Assembly: GCA_035363255.1 (NCBI GenBank)
Contig: DAOSES010000006.1
Coordinates: 25,544-89,543 of the forward strand
Reading direction: 5' to 3'
Length of the DNA: 64,000 nt
Source of the DNA: Caldisericia bacterium
GTDB taxonomy: Bacteria > Caldisericota > Caldisericia > UBA6126
Below the pieces are notes generated by a model. That model saw only the letters and a list, made by a program, of their open reading frames with translations. It did not search any database and was not told the DNA's origin. Shown piece by piece: positions 10,383-17,856 of the stretch; the first letter of the stretch is position 1; the number at the start of each line of letters is the position of its first letter. The translations under genes were made by a program, and so were the position numbers.

Positions 10383-10410
10383 AACCCCCTCAGCTTTCAC
10401 TGTGGGGGTT
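10383..10410. terminator. Bidirectional rho-independent terminator between the transporter (+) and the RRM gene (-).
   Basis: aaccccc-tcagctttcactgt-gggggtt: a 7-bp GC-rich stem with an A-run upstream and T-run downstream. Confidence 0.7.
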
Positions 10411-10429
10411 TGAAGTCAAAAAGAAAAAA

Positions 10430-10726
10430 CTACCAGACTTTACGATTGGTGCGTTCGCCGGTGCGTGGACGATTTGCGCCTTCGGTGCGTGGACGGGCAG
10501 CAGCAACGTTAAGATTGCGTCCGCCAAAGTCTTTGCCGTTGGTGGCTTGGATGGCAGCTTCAGCCTGAGCGTTGTCAGGCATTTCAACAAAACCAAAACC
10601 ACGAGAACGATTGGTAAATTTGTCTTTGATGATGTTTAAGGTGGTGATTTCGCCGTACTGACTAAAAAGGTCTCTGAGTTCTTCTTCGGTAGTGTCATAA
10701 GACAGATTGCTTACATAAATATTCAT
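10430..10726 (-). CDS. RRM-type RNA-binding protein (glycine/arginine-rich C-terminal tail).
   Basis: RNP2 (IYVSNL) and RNP1 (RGFGFVEM) motifs. 98 aa. Confidence 0.9.
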   Translation of the reverse strand: MNIYVSNLSYDTTEEELRDLFSQYGEITTLNIIKDKFTNRSRGFGFVEMPDNAQAEAAIQATNGKDFGGRNLNVAAARPRTEGANRPRTGERTNRKVW

Positions 10727-10732
10727 GTTTCC

Positions 10733-10774
10733 TCCAACATGTAATCAAATTATCACTAGGCCGAACATGTTGGA
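10733..10774 (-). promoter_or_regulatory. 10-bp inverted repeat in the 5' leader of the RRM gene that can pair with the Shine-Dalgarno region.
   Basis: tccaacatgt (10733-10742) and acatgttgga (10765-10774) are perfect reverse complements. In the mRNA the 3' arm (GUUGGA) lies within 2 nt of the GGAGG Shine-Dalgarno site. Confidence 0.45.
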
Positions 10775-10928
10775 CACCAAAAAACTCGCACCAACAAGCC
10801 GCACGCTAATAACAATCCATATTATGATGGTTCATACCTAAAATGCAAGACTAAATAATACTTTTTTTCGTTATTTTTTTGAAATGTAAATTTTTCAATT
10901 TAGGTATCTTTTTTTTTCATACTTGGGG

Positions 10929-10934
10929 TATACT
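10929..10934 (+). promoter_or_regulatory. Candidate -10 box (TATACT) for the acidic-protein gene; the -35 is weak.
   Basis: gggGTATACT lies about 37 nt upstream of ATG 10972. RBS AGGAG at 10961-10965. Confidence 0.35.
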
Positions 10935-10971
10935 GATTAAAAGAAAAAACTGACACAAAAAAGGAGACGAT

Positions 10972-11382
10972 ATGAAGCGATTGACGAGTTATGAAGAAAT
11001 CAGAGAAGCTTTAAGCGAAATGGACAAAGAGTCAAGCTCCGACGAAATGGATGCAGTAATGGAAGCTGTGCACGAGCAAATCGAAAATCCTGTAGCGTCC
11101 ACCTTAAAAAATTATATGGATGCTGTGTATGACGTGATCGACGAACAAGCTCCCGATTGGGTGGATTACATCGACTTTGCTCTTTACCTATCCGATATTG
11201 CCAACGAAGAAGAAGACTATTTCCAAGTATATCAAACCGATTCTGGCTATTGTGTAGTTTACGAGGATATGGACGAAGACGAAGAAGATGACGACGACGA
11301 CGAAGAAGAATGGGACGAAGACGAAGAAGACGATGAAGAAGCATGTTGCGATGAATGCAACTGCAATGGAGCTTGCGGATAG
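10972..11382 (+). CDS. Small, extremely acidic protein with a Cys-rich C-terminal tail (ACCDECNCNGACG).
   Basis: Strong RBS (AGGAG, 6 nt spacer). About 40 % D/E in the last 50 residues, then 5 Cys in 12 aa. No recognisable family. Confidence 0.6.
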   Translation: MKRLTSYEEIREALSEMDKESSSDEMDAVMEAVHEQIENPVASTLKNYMDAVYDVIDEQAPDWVDYIDFALYLSDIANEEEDYFQVYQTDSGYCVVYEDMDEDEEDDDDDEEEWDEDEEDDEEACCDECNCNGACG

Positions 11383-11397
11383 TATCATTCTGATCCC

Positions 11398-12591
11398 ATG
11401 AGCAGTGATTCCTTCAATGCCCCGGTAGGGTATATTCAGAGCCTCCGGGGTATTGCTCTTTTATCTGTGCTTGGCATCCATACTCTCAGTTTTTTTTCTG
11501 AAGCCAAACTGAGCTACCCCTTAATCAGAGTCTTAGTGTATCTTTTGCTCGTATTCATTGTTGCAGTTCCACTCTTTGTTTGGATATCAGGATTTGTATT
11601 AGCGTTGCGTTATTTTTCACAGCTGGATGTCAAAGCTTTTTTTCGTCGCAGATTCAGCACTATCATACCTTCCTATTTGATGTTTTCTGTAATTTACACC
11701 GTTTTTTCAGCGTTTGACCCACAGAGTTACACTTGGAGCTTTCCAAATCTTCAAACTTTCCTGGTATTGTTGTTCACTGGTTCATCCTACAGTCATTTGT
11801 GGTTTATTCTTTTGCTTATTCAGTTTTACTTACTTTTTCCCCTCCTATGTAATGCAAAGGTGAAAGCATCGCTTTTGAAGCATAGTATGGCTTGGATTGC
11901 AGGCGCTTTTATCCTACAAACTTTATGGCAGTTGTTTGTTCCAATCTTAGCGTCAAGCCTGTTTTTTGGCAGCACCTATGGCAAGCCAATCATCCTGCTG
12001 ATATCTCGTTCTTTTCCAGCATATTTGGGCTTTTTTATTTGTGGAATGGTGATGGGAGCCAGCTACAAGAAGCAGGATCAGCCAAGAAATTACCCCAAGA
12101 TCATAACATGGCTTCTGGCATTGCTTGTATTCACGGGTTTATTTCTGATATGCATGCAATGGTTACAGGGGATTCACCAGTATGGGTCAATATATGCCAC
12201 TACTGAATCTCACCGATGGATAGAAAAAGTCCTTTTCCCCATAGTATATCTTTCCATGATACTTCTTTGTCTCAGGCTTGCAGTTTCAAATCCAACGAAA
12301 GGAAAACTTAACGCAATACTCCATTTTTTAGGAGATCGCTCCTTTGGGGTTTACCTTCTTCATGCTGGAGTGCTGATATCTTTAGCACATCTTCTGAAAA
12401 TGATGGGAATCACTACCAGGCAAAGCCTGTTCTACGTACTTCTTTTTTCTGGCACCTTGAGTTTCAGCCTTCTACTTGAAGAAGTAATGGCACGGATACC
12501 CTTGCTATCGTGGATGATTGGAAGAAAAGTTAAAAATCCTTCCCCTTTTCCAACTCTTTTTCCCAAATCTGACCCGAAGTCTTGTGAGTGA
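11398..12591 (+). CDS. Acyltransferase-3 family (OatA-like) integral membrane O-acyltransferase.
   Basis: About 10 TM helices and an LRGIALLSVLGIHT motif near the N-terminus. Confidence 0.8.
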   Translation: MSSDSFNAPVGYIQSLRGIALLSVLGIHTLSFFSEAKLSYPLIRVLVYLLLVFIVAVPLFVWISGFVLALRYFSQLDVKAFFRRRFSTIIPSYLMFSVIYTVFSAFDPQSYTWSFPNLQTFLVLLFTGSSYSHLWFILLLIQFYLLFPLLCNAKVKASLLKHSMAWIAGAFILQTLWQLFVPILASSLFFGSTYGKPIILLISRSFPAYLGFFICGMVMGASYKKQDQPRNYPKIITWLLALLVFTGLFLICMQWLQGIHQYGSIYATTESHRWIEKVLFPIVYLSMILLCLRLAVSNPTKGKLNAILHFLGDRSFGVYLLHAGVLISLAHLLKMMGITTRQSLFYVLLFSGTLSFSLLLEEVMARIPLLSWMIGRKVKNPSPFPTLFPKSDPKSCE

Positions 12592-12994
12592 TGCGAAGCA
12601 TTACTTTTTGGTAAGAGTCCAAAACAGGAAATTTTATCAAAAACGCTCTTTGACCGGCACTATCAGAGGTTTCTTCTGTGCTGGGATAAAGGAGGCTTGC
12701 ATTCGATGTTTCATCCAGTGATATCAGTGTAAATGAATAGCTGGATATAAGATCTGCATTCATAGGTCTGATTTTGCATATTGCTTGATCTTTTTCTGTA
12801 GTCAGCTCAAGATACTCAAATTCCAAGGGAGCAAAAGCACCCAAACTGCCACATCCACCCTTACCGCCACCTTCACCGTTACCACCCCCACAAGCTTCAT
12901 CGTTGCAGGCTAAGTTTTGATTTGAGCAGGCAAAATGGAAAGACAGCAAAACGAGCAAAATCATCGAGACATATAGTTTAACAACTTTTTTCAT
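12530..12994 (-). CDS. Hypothetical secreted or lipoprotein with a Gly/Cys-rich N-terminal region.
   Basis: Signal peptide MKKVVKLYVSMILLVLLSFHFAC. ATG overlaps the bioY stop (ATGA). Its 3' end overlaps the acyltransferase 3' end by 62 nt. Confidence 0.55.
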   Translation of the reverse strand: MKKVVKLYVSMILLVLLSFHFACSNQNLACNDEACGGGNGEGGGKGGCGSLGAFAPLEFEYLELTTEKDQAICKIRPMNADLISSYSFTLISLDETSNASLLYPSTEETSDSAGQRAFLIKFPVLDSYQKVMLRITHKTSGQIWEKELEKGKDF

Positions 12995-13593
12995 TCATGA
13001 TCTCCTTCATCGAGGGAACATTCCATCGTTAAGACTTTTTTATACTTTAACAACAACAAACGAACCAATAATATTTTCAATATATCCAAGGGGAGATAGG
13101 GCACAAAGCCAAGCAATAAAGCTTTTGAAAAAGAAATCTGAGTGAGGATGGCTAAATAGGAAACCCCACAAGCGTAAATAATCAACAAACCCATGATAAG
13201 CGAAAACAGCATGTTTCTTTTGCTTAGTGCTCCCATTAGGGGCATGGCTATTAAAAAACCAAAAAGGTAGCCACCGGTGGGTCCAACGAGCATATGCAAG
13301 CCTCCATGCATCCCAGAAAACACAGGCAAGCCTATAGATCCCATCAAAAGATACAAAAGGATAGCGGCAAAAGCTCCAGAACTACCGAGAATAAAGGGGC
13401 AAAGCAAAACAATGAGCAATTGAAAGGTAAGCGGAACAGGGCTAAAAGGCAGAGGGATAGTTATCCACGCCCCAATAATCATTAATGACACTAACAATGA
13501 GATTTGCAGCCAGCGACGAAGAGAAAAAAAACTATAATTGCTGCAGTTTTCAGATCCTGTGTCGGTATCAGGCTGTGAAGGCTGGGATAACAT
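12991..13593 (-). CDS. bioY: BioY biotin transporter, ECF S-component.
   Basis: BioY signature LHMLVGPTGGYLFGF; 5-6 TM helices. Confidence 0.85.
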   Translation of the reverse strand: MLSQPSQPDTDTGSENCSNYSFFSLRRWLQISLLVSLMIIGAWITIPLPFSPVPLTFQLLIVLLCPFILGSSGAFAAILLYLLMGSIGLPVFSGMHGGLHMLVGPTGGYLFGFLIAMPLMGALSKRNMLFSLIMGLLIIYACGVSYLAILTQISFSKALLLGFVPYLPLDILKILLVRLLLLKYKKVLTMECSLDEGDHE

Positions 13594-14767
13594 GAAGTTC
13601 CTCTGTTAATTCATAATGGAGTTGCATAGGGATAAAGCCCTTGCTATGGGCCAAACGTGCCTCATCATCATCTTTAACGCGGCGTATTTTATCTTGCTGA
13701 TCTTTCAAACCTAACTCATCCACAAAAGCATCAATCATGCCAGCAGGGCAGGCATAGACAAAGAGATGACCTTCCACAGTGGCAAAAATGGGATTAAACT
13801 CGATACAGGGAATTCCCAGACGATCTGATATTTTTAACATCCCTGCTTCCCGAAGTTTTTTAACAAAAAGCTGACGTGCAGGCAATGATCTTGAAAGAAC
13901 CTTGCTGATTTCTTCAAACAAAAGCGGAACAGTAGCGGTTTGCAAAGTACGGGTAACATCCAGTCTAAACCACCAGAGATCGTAGCTCAACAAAGCATCG
14001 CGCTTAGCCACCTTGCTCATTTTACCCACATACATGTTGCGAACATATAATTCATTGGGATAATCAAAGATACAAGAAGGCTTGCTCGGGCTGCCTGGTT
14101 GATCTTCATAATGTTCTTCTGCAATGGTGGTACCTTCCAATAGGGGGTTCCAAAAACGTACTAAAGGAAGCAAATCGATTCGATTGAGTGGTGAAGATTT
14201 AATACGAATTTTAGTACCTTCTATGGTGCTGTTGGTTTTTCCTAAAACAACAAAAAAAGTTCCTTGTCGAGTTTCAGGTGATAGCACTATATGGTAGGCA
14301 TCGTTACGAGCAAAAAGTGTTACGGGGATTTGATGAGCTACCAGATGAGTAGCAGCAAGTTTCAATCCTTCACCATAATAGCCACGCATCCAACTTTCTT
14401 TGGTGACGCCACCCATTCGAAAAGCGTCCAGCGTAATCCCTCGACCATTATCTTCAATCCAAAGCGTGTTCCCTTCCTGCCGAGTTTGAGCTGATGGCTT
14501 TCCAGAAACCAGTTCTGTTTCATCCAGAGCATTTTGTATAAACTCTCTCATGGCAATCATGTGAGAAAATTCTCTTCTCAAGACGTACTCAGGGGAAAAA
14601 CCCAGAGGTAATATTCCATGAAAAGTAAGGTCGGGATTGTTTTCACAGAGTCTTTCCCACGAAGAGGCAGAAAAAACTCCTTTCTCAAGGGCTTCTTCTT
14701 TGGTCATCGCCAAAGCAGCTAAAGTTTCAGGGATTTGAAAAGCTTCAACAAATTCTTTTCTGTTCAT
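13568..14767 (-). CDS. Orphan GHKL-superfamily (MutL/MORC-like Bergerat-fold) ATPase, function unknown.
   Basis: Motif I EFIQNALDE, motif II IEDNGRGI and motif III GYYGEGLKLAA, with MutL-like spacing. No histidine-kinase H-box, no TM segment, and the protein is only 399 aa. Confidence 0.6.
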   Translation of the reverse strand: MNRKEFVEAFQIPETLAALAMTKEEALEKGVFSASSWERLCENNPDLTFHGILPLGFSPEYVLRREFSHMIAMREFIQNALDETELVSGKPSAQTRQEGNTLWIEDNGRGITLDAFRMGGVTKESWMRGYYGEGLKLAATHLVAHQIPVTLFARNDAYHIVLSPETRQGTFFVVLGKTNSTIEGTKIRIKSSPLNRIDLLPLVRFWNPLLEGTTIAEEHYEDQPGSPSKPSCIFDYPNELYVRNMYVGKMSKVAKRDALLSYDLWWFRLDVTRTLQTATVPLLFEEISKVLSRSLPARQLFVKKLREAGMLKISDRLGIPCIEFNPIFATVEGHLFVYACPAGMIDAFVDELGLKDQQDKIRRVKDDDEARLAHSKGFIPMQLHYELTEELHVIPAFTA

Positions 14768-14778
14768 TTCCTATCCTT

Positions 14779-15672
14779 TCAAAGCACTATGCTTTTTTTT
14801 ATGTATTGGGCACTCGGACTGACAGCCAAACCGCCCATGGAGGTTTCTTTCAAGGAGCAGGGCATTAAATTGCCAATTTGCGCCATAGCATCAATCACCT
14901 CATCCAGAGGAATCAGGGTGGGGATTCCAGCCAATGCCATTTCAGCACAAGCCAGAGCATTGCTAGCCCCCATCACATTGCGCTTAACGCAGGGTAGCTC
15001 AACTCTTCCAGCTACCGGGTCGCATACCAGGCCCAGGATATTTTTTAACGCAAAAGCTGCAGCACTTTCCACCATGGAAGGTTCGCCTCCCATCAAATAT
15101 ACCAAAGCACCAGCACTCATAGCACTCGCAGAACCAACTTCAGCTTGACATCCATGGGTAGATCCCGATAACGAAGCTCGAAGGGCTATGATTTCTCCAA
15201 TTCCTCCTGCCACAAATAATGATTTTACCAATTCTTCGTCTGTTTTGCCATGGTTTTCTGCAATCGTTATCAAGACCCCAGGCATAACTCCACAAGCGCC
15301 AGCCGTAGGTGCTGCAACGATACGACCCATACATGCGTTTAGCTCCGAAACCGCTAAAACTCGACTTATCATGAGAGAGAAGTTTTTGCTTAGCAATGAA
15401 GCACCTTTTTGAGTAAATTGTTTCATGTGAAACGCTCCACCCTTTATTAATCCGCTTTTTGTCCGATTAGGCTCTTGTAGTCCTCTTTCGATGGATTCTC
15501 TCATAATGGTTAGATGATGATGCATTTTCCCTATCAATTTTGCTTCTGATATTTCAGTATTTTTGGCTTCGTAGCTCAGAAAAAAGTCGTAAAGATCAGG
15601 CAATGCCAAATCTTTCATTTGTTTGATAACATCAGCCCAGGCTTTGATGCGGATGCGTTTTGGTAAAGTCAT
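14779..15672 (-). CDS. sdaAA: L-serine dehydratase (Fe-S dependent), alpha subunit.
   Basis: AAPTAGACGVMPGVL and SLSGSTHGCQAEVGSASAM motifs. ATG overlaps the beta-subunit stop (TAATG). Confidence 0.9.
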   Translation of the reverse strand: MTLPKRIRIKAWADVIKQMKDLALPDLYDFFLSYEAKNTEISEAKLIGKMHHHLTIMRESIERGLQEPNRTKSGLIKGGAFHMKQFTQKGASLLSKNFSLMISRVLAVSELNACMGRIVAAPTAGACGVMPGVLITIAENHGKTDEELVKSLFVAGGIGEIIALRASLSGSTHGCQAEVGSASAMSAGALVYLMGGEPSMVESAAAFALKNILGLVCDPVAGRVELPCVKRNVMGASNALACAEMALAGIPTLIPLDEVIDAMAQIGNLMPCSLKETSMGGLAVSPSAQYIKKSIVL

Positions 15673-16343
15673 TATATGTCTTCTTTCCAACGAGGGACAG
15701 CTACAGCAGTATAAATGCCCTCTTTGTTTTTCAGAATTTCCATAAGGGTTTCAGGAACAGGAGTATCCAGTTTGAGTACTGCCAGAGCTCGTTCTTCAAT
15801 AGCATCTCGCGAAATCTGCATGTAAGCTATATTGATAGTATTTTTAGCCAGCAAATCGCCCACAAAAGCCACCATTCCGCAAGTGTCACGATACTCCAAT
15901 ATCAGAAGGTCGTGCTTACCCGAAAACTCGACCTTGTTATGGTTGATGTCCACAATTTTTGCATGCCCTCCGCCGATGGATATTCCACTGATGGTAAAAG
16001 GGTTTTGCTGATGCTGTTGGATCGTGATGGTGACGTAATTTGGATGTTTTTCAGGATCTTCCAAAAAAGTAAAATTAACTTCTATGCCCTCTTTTTTAGC
16101 TATTTCAAGGGCATTAGGGATGCGTTCGTCATCCATGGAAAAACCAAGCAAACCCCCTACCAAGGCATGCTGAGTGCCATGACCAGGGCCAGTATCTGCA
16201 AACGAATTGTACAGGCATATGCTTACTTTGTTAAATGGCTGGTGATAGACATTTCGAGCCAAAAGACCTATTTTGGCAGCTCCAGCCGTATGCGAGCTCG
16301 AAGGACCAATCATGACCGGGCCAATTACATCAAAAATCGACAT
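15672..16343 (-). CDS. sdaAB: L-serine dehydratase, beta subunit.
   Basis: N-terminus MSIFDVIGPVMIGPSSSHTAGAAKIG. C-terminal ACT-like domain. Confidence 0.9.
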   Translation of the reverse strand: MSIFDVIGPVMIGPSSSHTAGAAKIGLLARNVYHQPFNKVSICLYNSFADTGPGHGTQHALVGGLLGFSMDDERIPNALEIAKKEGIEVNFTFLEDPEKHPNYVTITIQQHQQNPFTISGISIGGGHAKIVDINHNKVEFSGKHDLLILEYRDTCGMVAFVGDLLAKNTINIAYMQISRDAIEERALAVLKLDTPVPETLMEILKNKEGIYTAVAVPRWKEDI

Positions 16344-17222
16344 TTATACTGCCCTTCCTTTTTCAAAGCTATGTTTTTCCAACATATGCCGAATCGCATG
16401 AGCTACGCCCCCCTCATTATTACTCGTACTGATAAAACACGCCAAGGCCTTAACTTGTTCCAGCGCATTGGCAACAGCAACAGGATAGCCTGCAGTCCTC
16501 ATGGCGTCAAGATCGTTGTAGTTGTCGCCAATAAAGAGCACAGACTGAATGGGAATTTCAAGGTAGGTACAAAGGTGGTGAAGCGATTGGCTTTTGGAAA
16601 CCTCAGGACCCATAAGCTCCATAAAAGTCTCTCCCTGCCATTCAAAGCTTTTTATAATACTAAACTCTTTGCCAAAGGCAGTATGGGTTTCAGCGATAAG
16701 CTGATGCATTTTTTCTTCAGAACCCAGAAGAATCAATTCGCTGATTTCTCCCTCCACAAAAACTTCGCTATCACACTGAAGAGAAAAATTGATTCCGTGC
16801 TTTTCCAAGTAGGGAAGATAAATCCCTTGGTAGGGTTTGTTGAGCCAAAGACAAGCATCTTCTAACCACCCCCTGGATATTACACAATGTAGATCGTGTT
16901 CCTCGGCTTTCCTATACACAAAATGGGCTATCTCAACGTTCAAAGCAATGCTTTGGAGGATGGTACGGCTTTTTGGACATAGCATCAAGGCTCCATTTTG
17001 AAGCATCAAGGGGGCATGGCTGTTAAAATGTTCCAGAAAAGGCAAGGCCGACACAAAGGACCTGCCAGTAGAGATGGTATATGGGATATCCTGCTCTTCC
17101 AAGAGCTTTAGAGCCAGGAGGTTTTCCTCGGGGATGCTTTTGTTATCATGCAAAAAGGTGCCATCCAGGTCAATCACGACCAACTTGATGGGATGAGGGC
17201 AACCATTCATGAGCTTAGCCAT
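16344..17222 (-). CDS. Cof-type HAD-IIB family phosphatase/hydrolase.
   Basis: HAD motif I VVIDLDGTFL, plus FIGDNYNDLDAM (motif IV). Confidence 0.8.
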   Translation of the reverse strand: MAKLMNGCPHPIKLVVIDLDGTFLHDNKSIPEENLLALKLLEEQDIPYTISTGRSFVSALPFLEHFNSHAPLMLQNGALMLCPKSRTILQSIALNVEIAHFVYRKAEEHDLHCVISRGWLEDACLWLNKPYQGIYLPYLEKHGINFSLQCDSEVFVEGEISELILLGSEEKMHQLIAETHTAFGKEFSIIKSFEWQGETFMELMGPEVSKSQSLHHLCTYLEIPIQSVLFIGDNYNDLDAMRTAGYPVAVANALEQVKALACFISTSNNEGGVAHAIRHMLEKHSFEKGRAV

Positions 17223-17856
17223 GAGCCACCGCAGTCATATATACCGGAAGTTCAGGAAAAGTTTTGTTGATTGCTTTTTTGCAGGCATGAAGAGTACTGC
17301 CCGATGTAAAGACATCATCGAGCAACAATACCGATGCTGGCTGAAAGGAGGAGAAAAGGGGAGCTTTTGCAGTAAAAGATAAAGAGGGATTTTTCATACG
17401 CTCCTGAGTTCTTAAGCCTTTTTGCTCTCGATCCTGCAGGCTGAAATCCTTATATAGAAGCTTTGAATATAGAGGCAAACCCGAGCAGACATGAAAACTT
17501 TGAGCAAGCAGTTCGACGGGTTGATATTTTCGACGAAACAATCGGTGCACCGAGCTGGGAACAGGCACAATAATGCTTTTCTGCCAGGGGTAATAGGCTT
17601 GAATGGTTTTCCAGAGTTCCTGTGCAAAAAAACGGGAAAGATGAAACGCCTTGCGATATTTGAACTTCAACATCAAATCCCGGGTCAGATCTACATAGTG
17701 AAAAGCAAACATGACCCAATCGCCCATAGGAGTTTGGCGAAGCGGAAGGATACAACGCGCTTTGTCCAGTTGGTCCGAGCAAGTAGGACAAGCTTGATAG
17801 GCTCGAGAGGTTTCGTTGAGGCAAATCGGACAAAGAGGGCTCATTTCAGCGAACAA
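17215..17856 (-). CDS. ComF-family protein: N-terminal double zinc ribbon plus phosphoribosyltransferase domain.
   Basis: CPICLN...CPTC zinc ribbon and PRTase motif LLLDDVFTSGSTL. Confidence 0.8.
   Translation of the reverse strand: MFAEMSPLCPICLNETSRAYQACPTCSDQLDKARCILPLRQTPMGDWVMFAFHYVDLTRDLMLKFKYRKAFHLSRFFAQELWKTIQAYYPWQKSIIVPVPSSVHRLFRRKYQPVELLAQSFHVCSGLPLYSKLLYKDFSLQDREQKGLRTQERMKNPSLSFTAKAPLFSSFQPASVLLLDDVFTSGSTLHACKKAINKTFPELPVYMTAVAHG

Noticed and set aside
11000-11388. Two minus-strand ORFs (114 aa, 66 aa) antisense to the acidic-protein gene.
   Set aside because: They arise from the GAC/GAA low-complexity repeat read on the opposite strand (poly-Phe/Val/Leu/Arg), with no translational signals.
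15660-16865. 401-aa plus-strand ORF.
   Set aside because: Entirely antisense to the well-supported sdaAB and Cof-hydrolase genes. Low-complexity, no RBS, no motifs. A shadow ORF.
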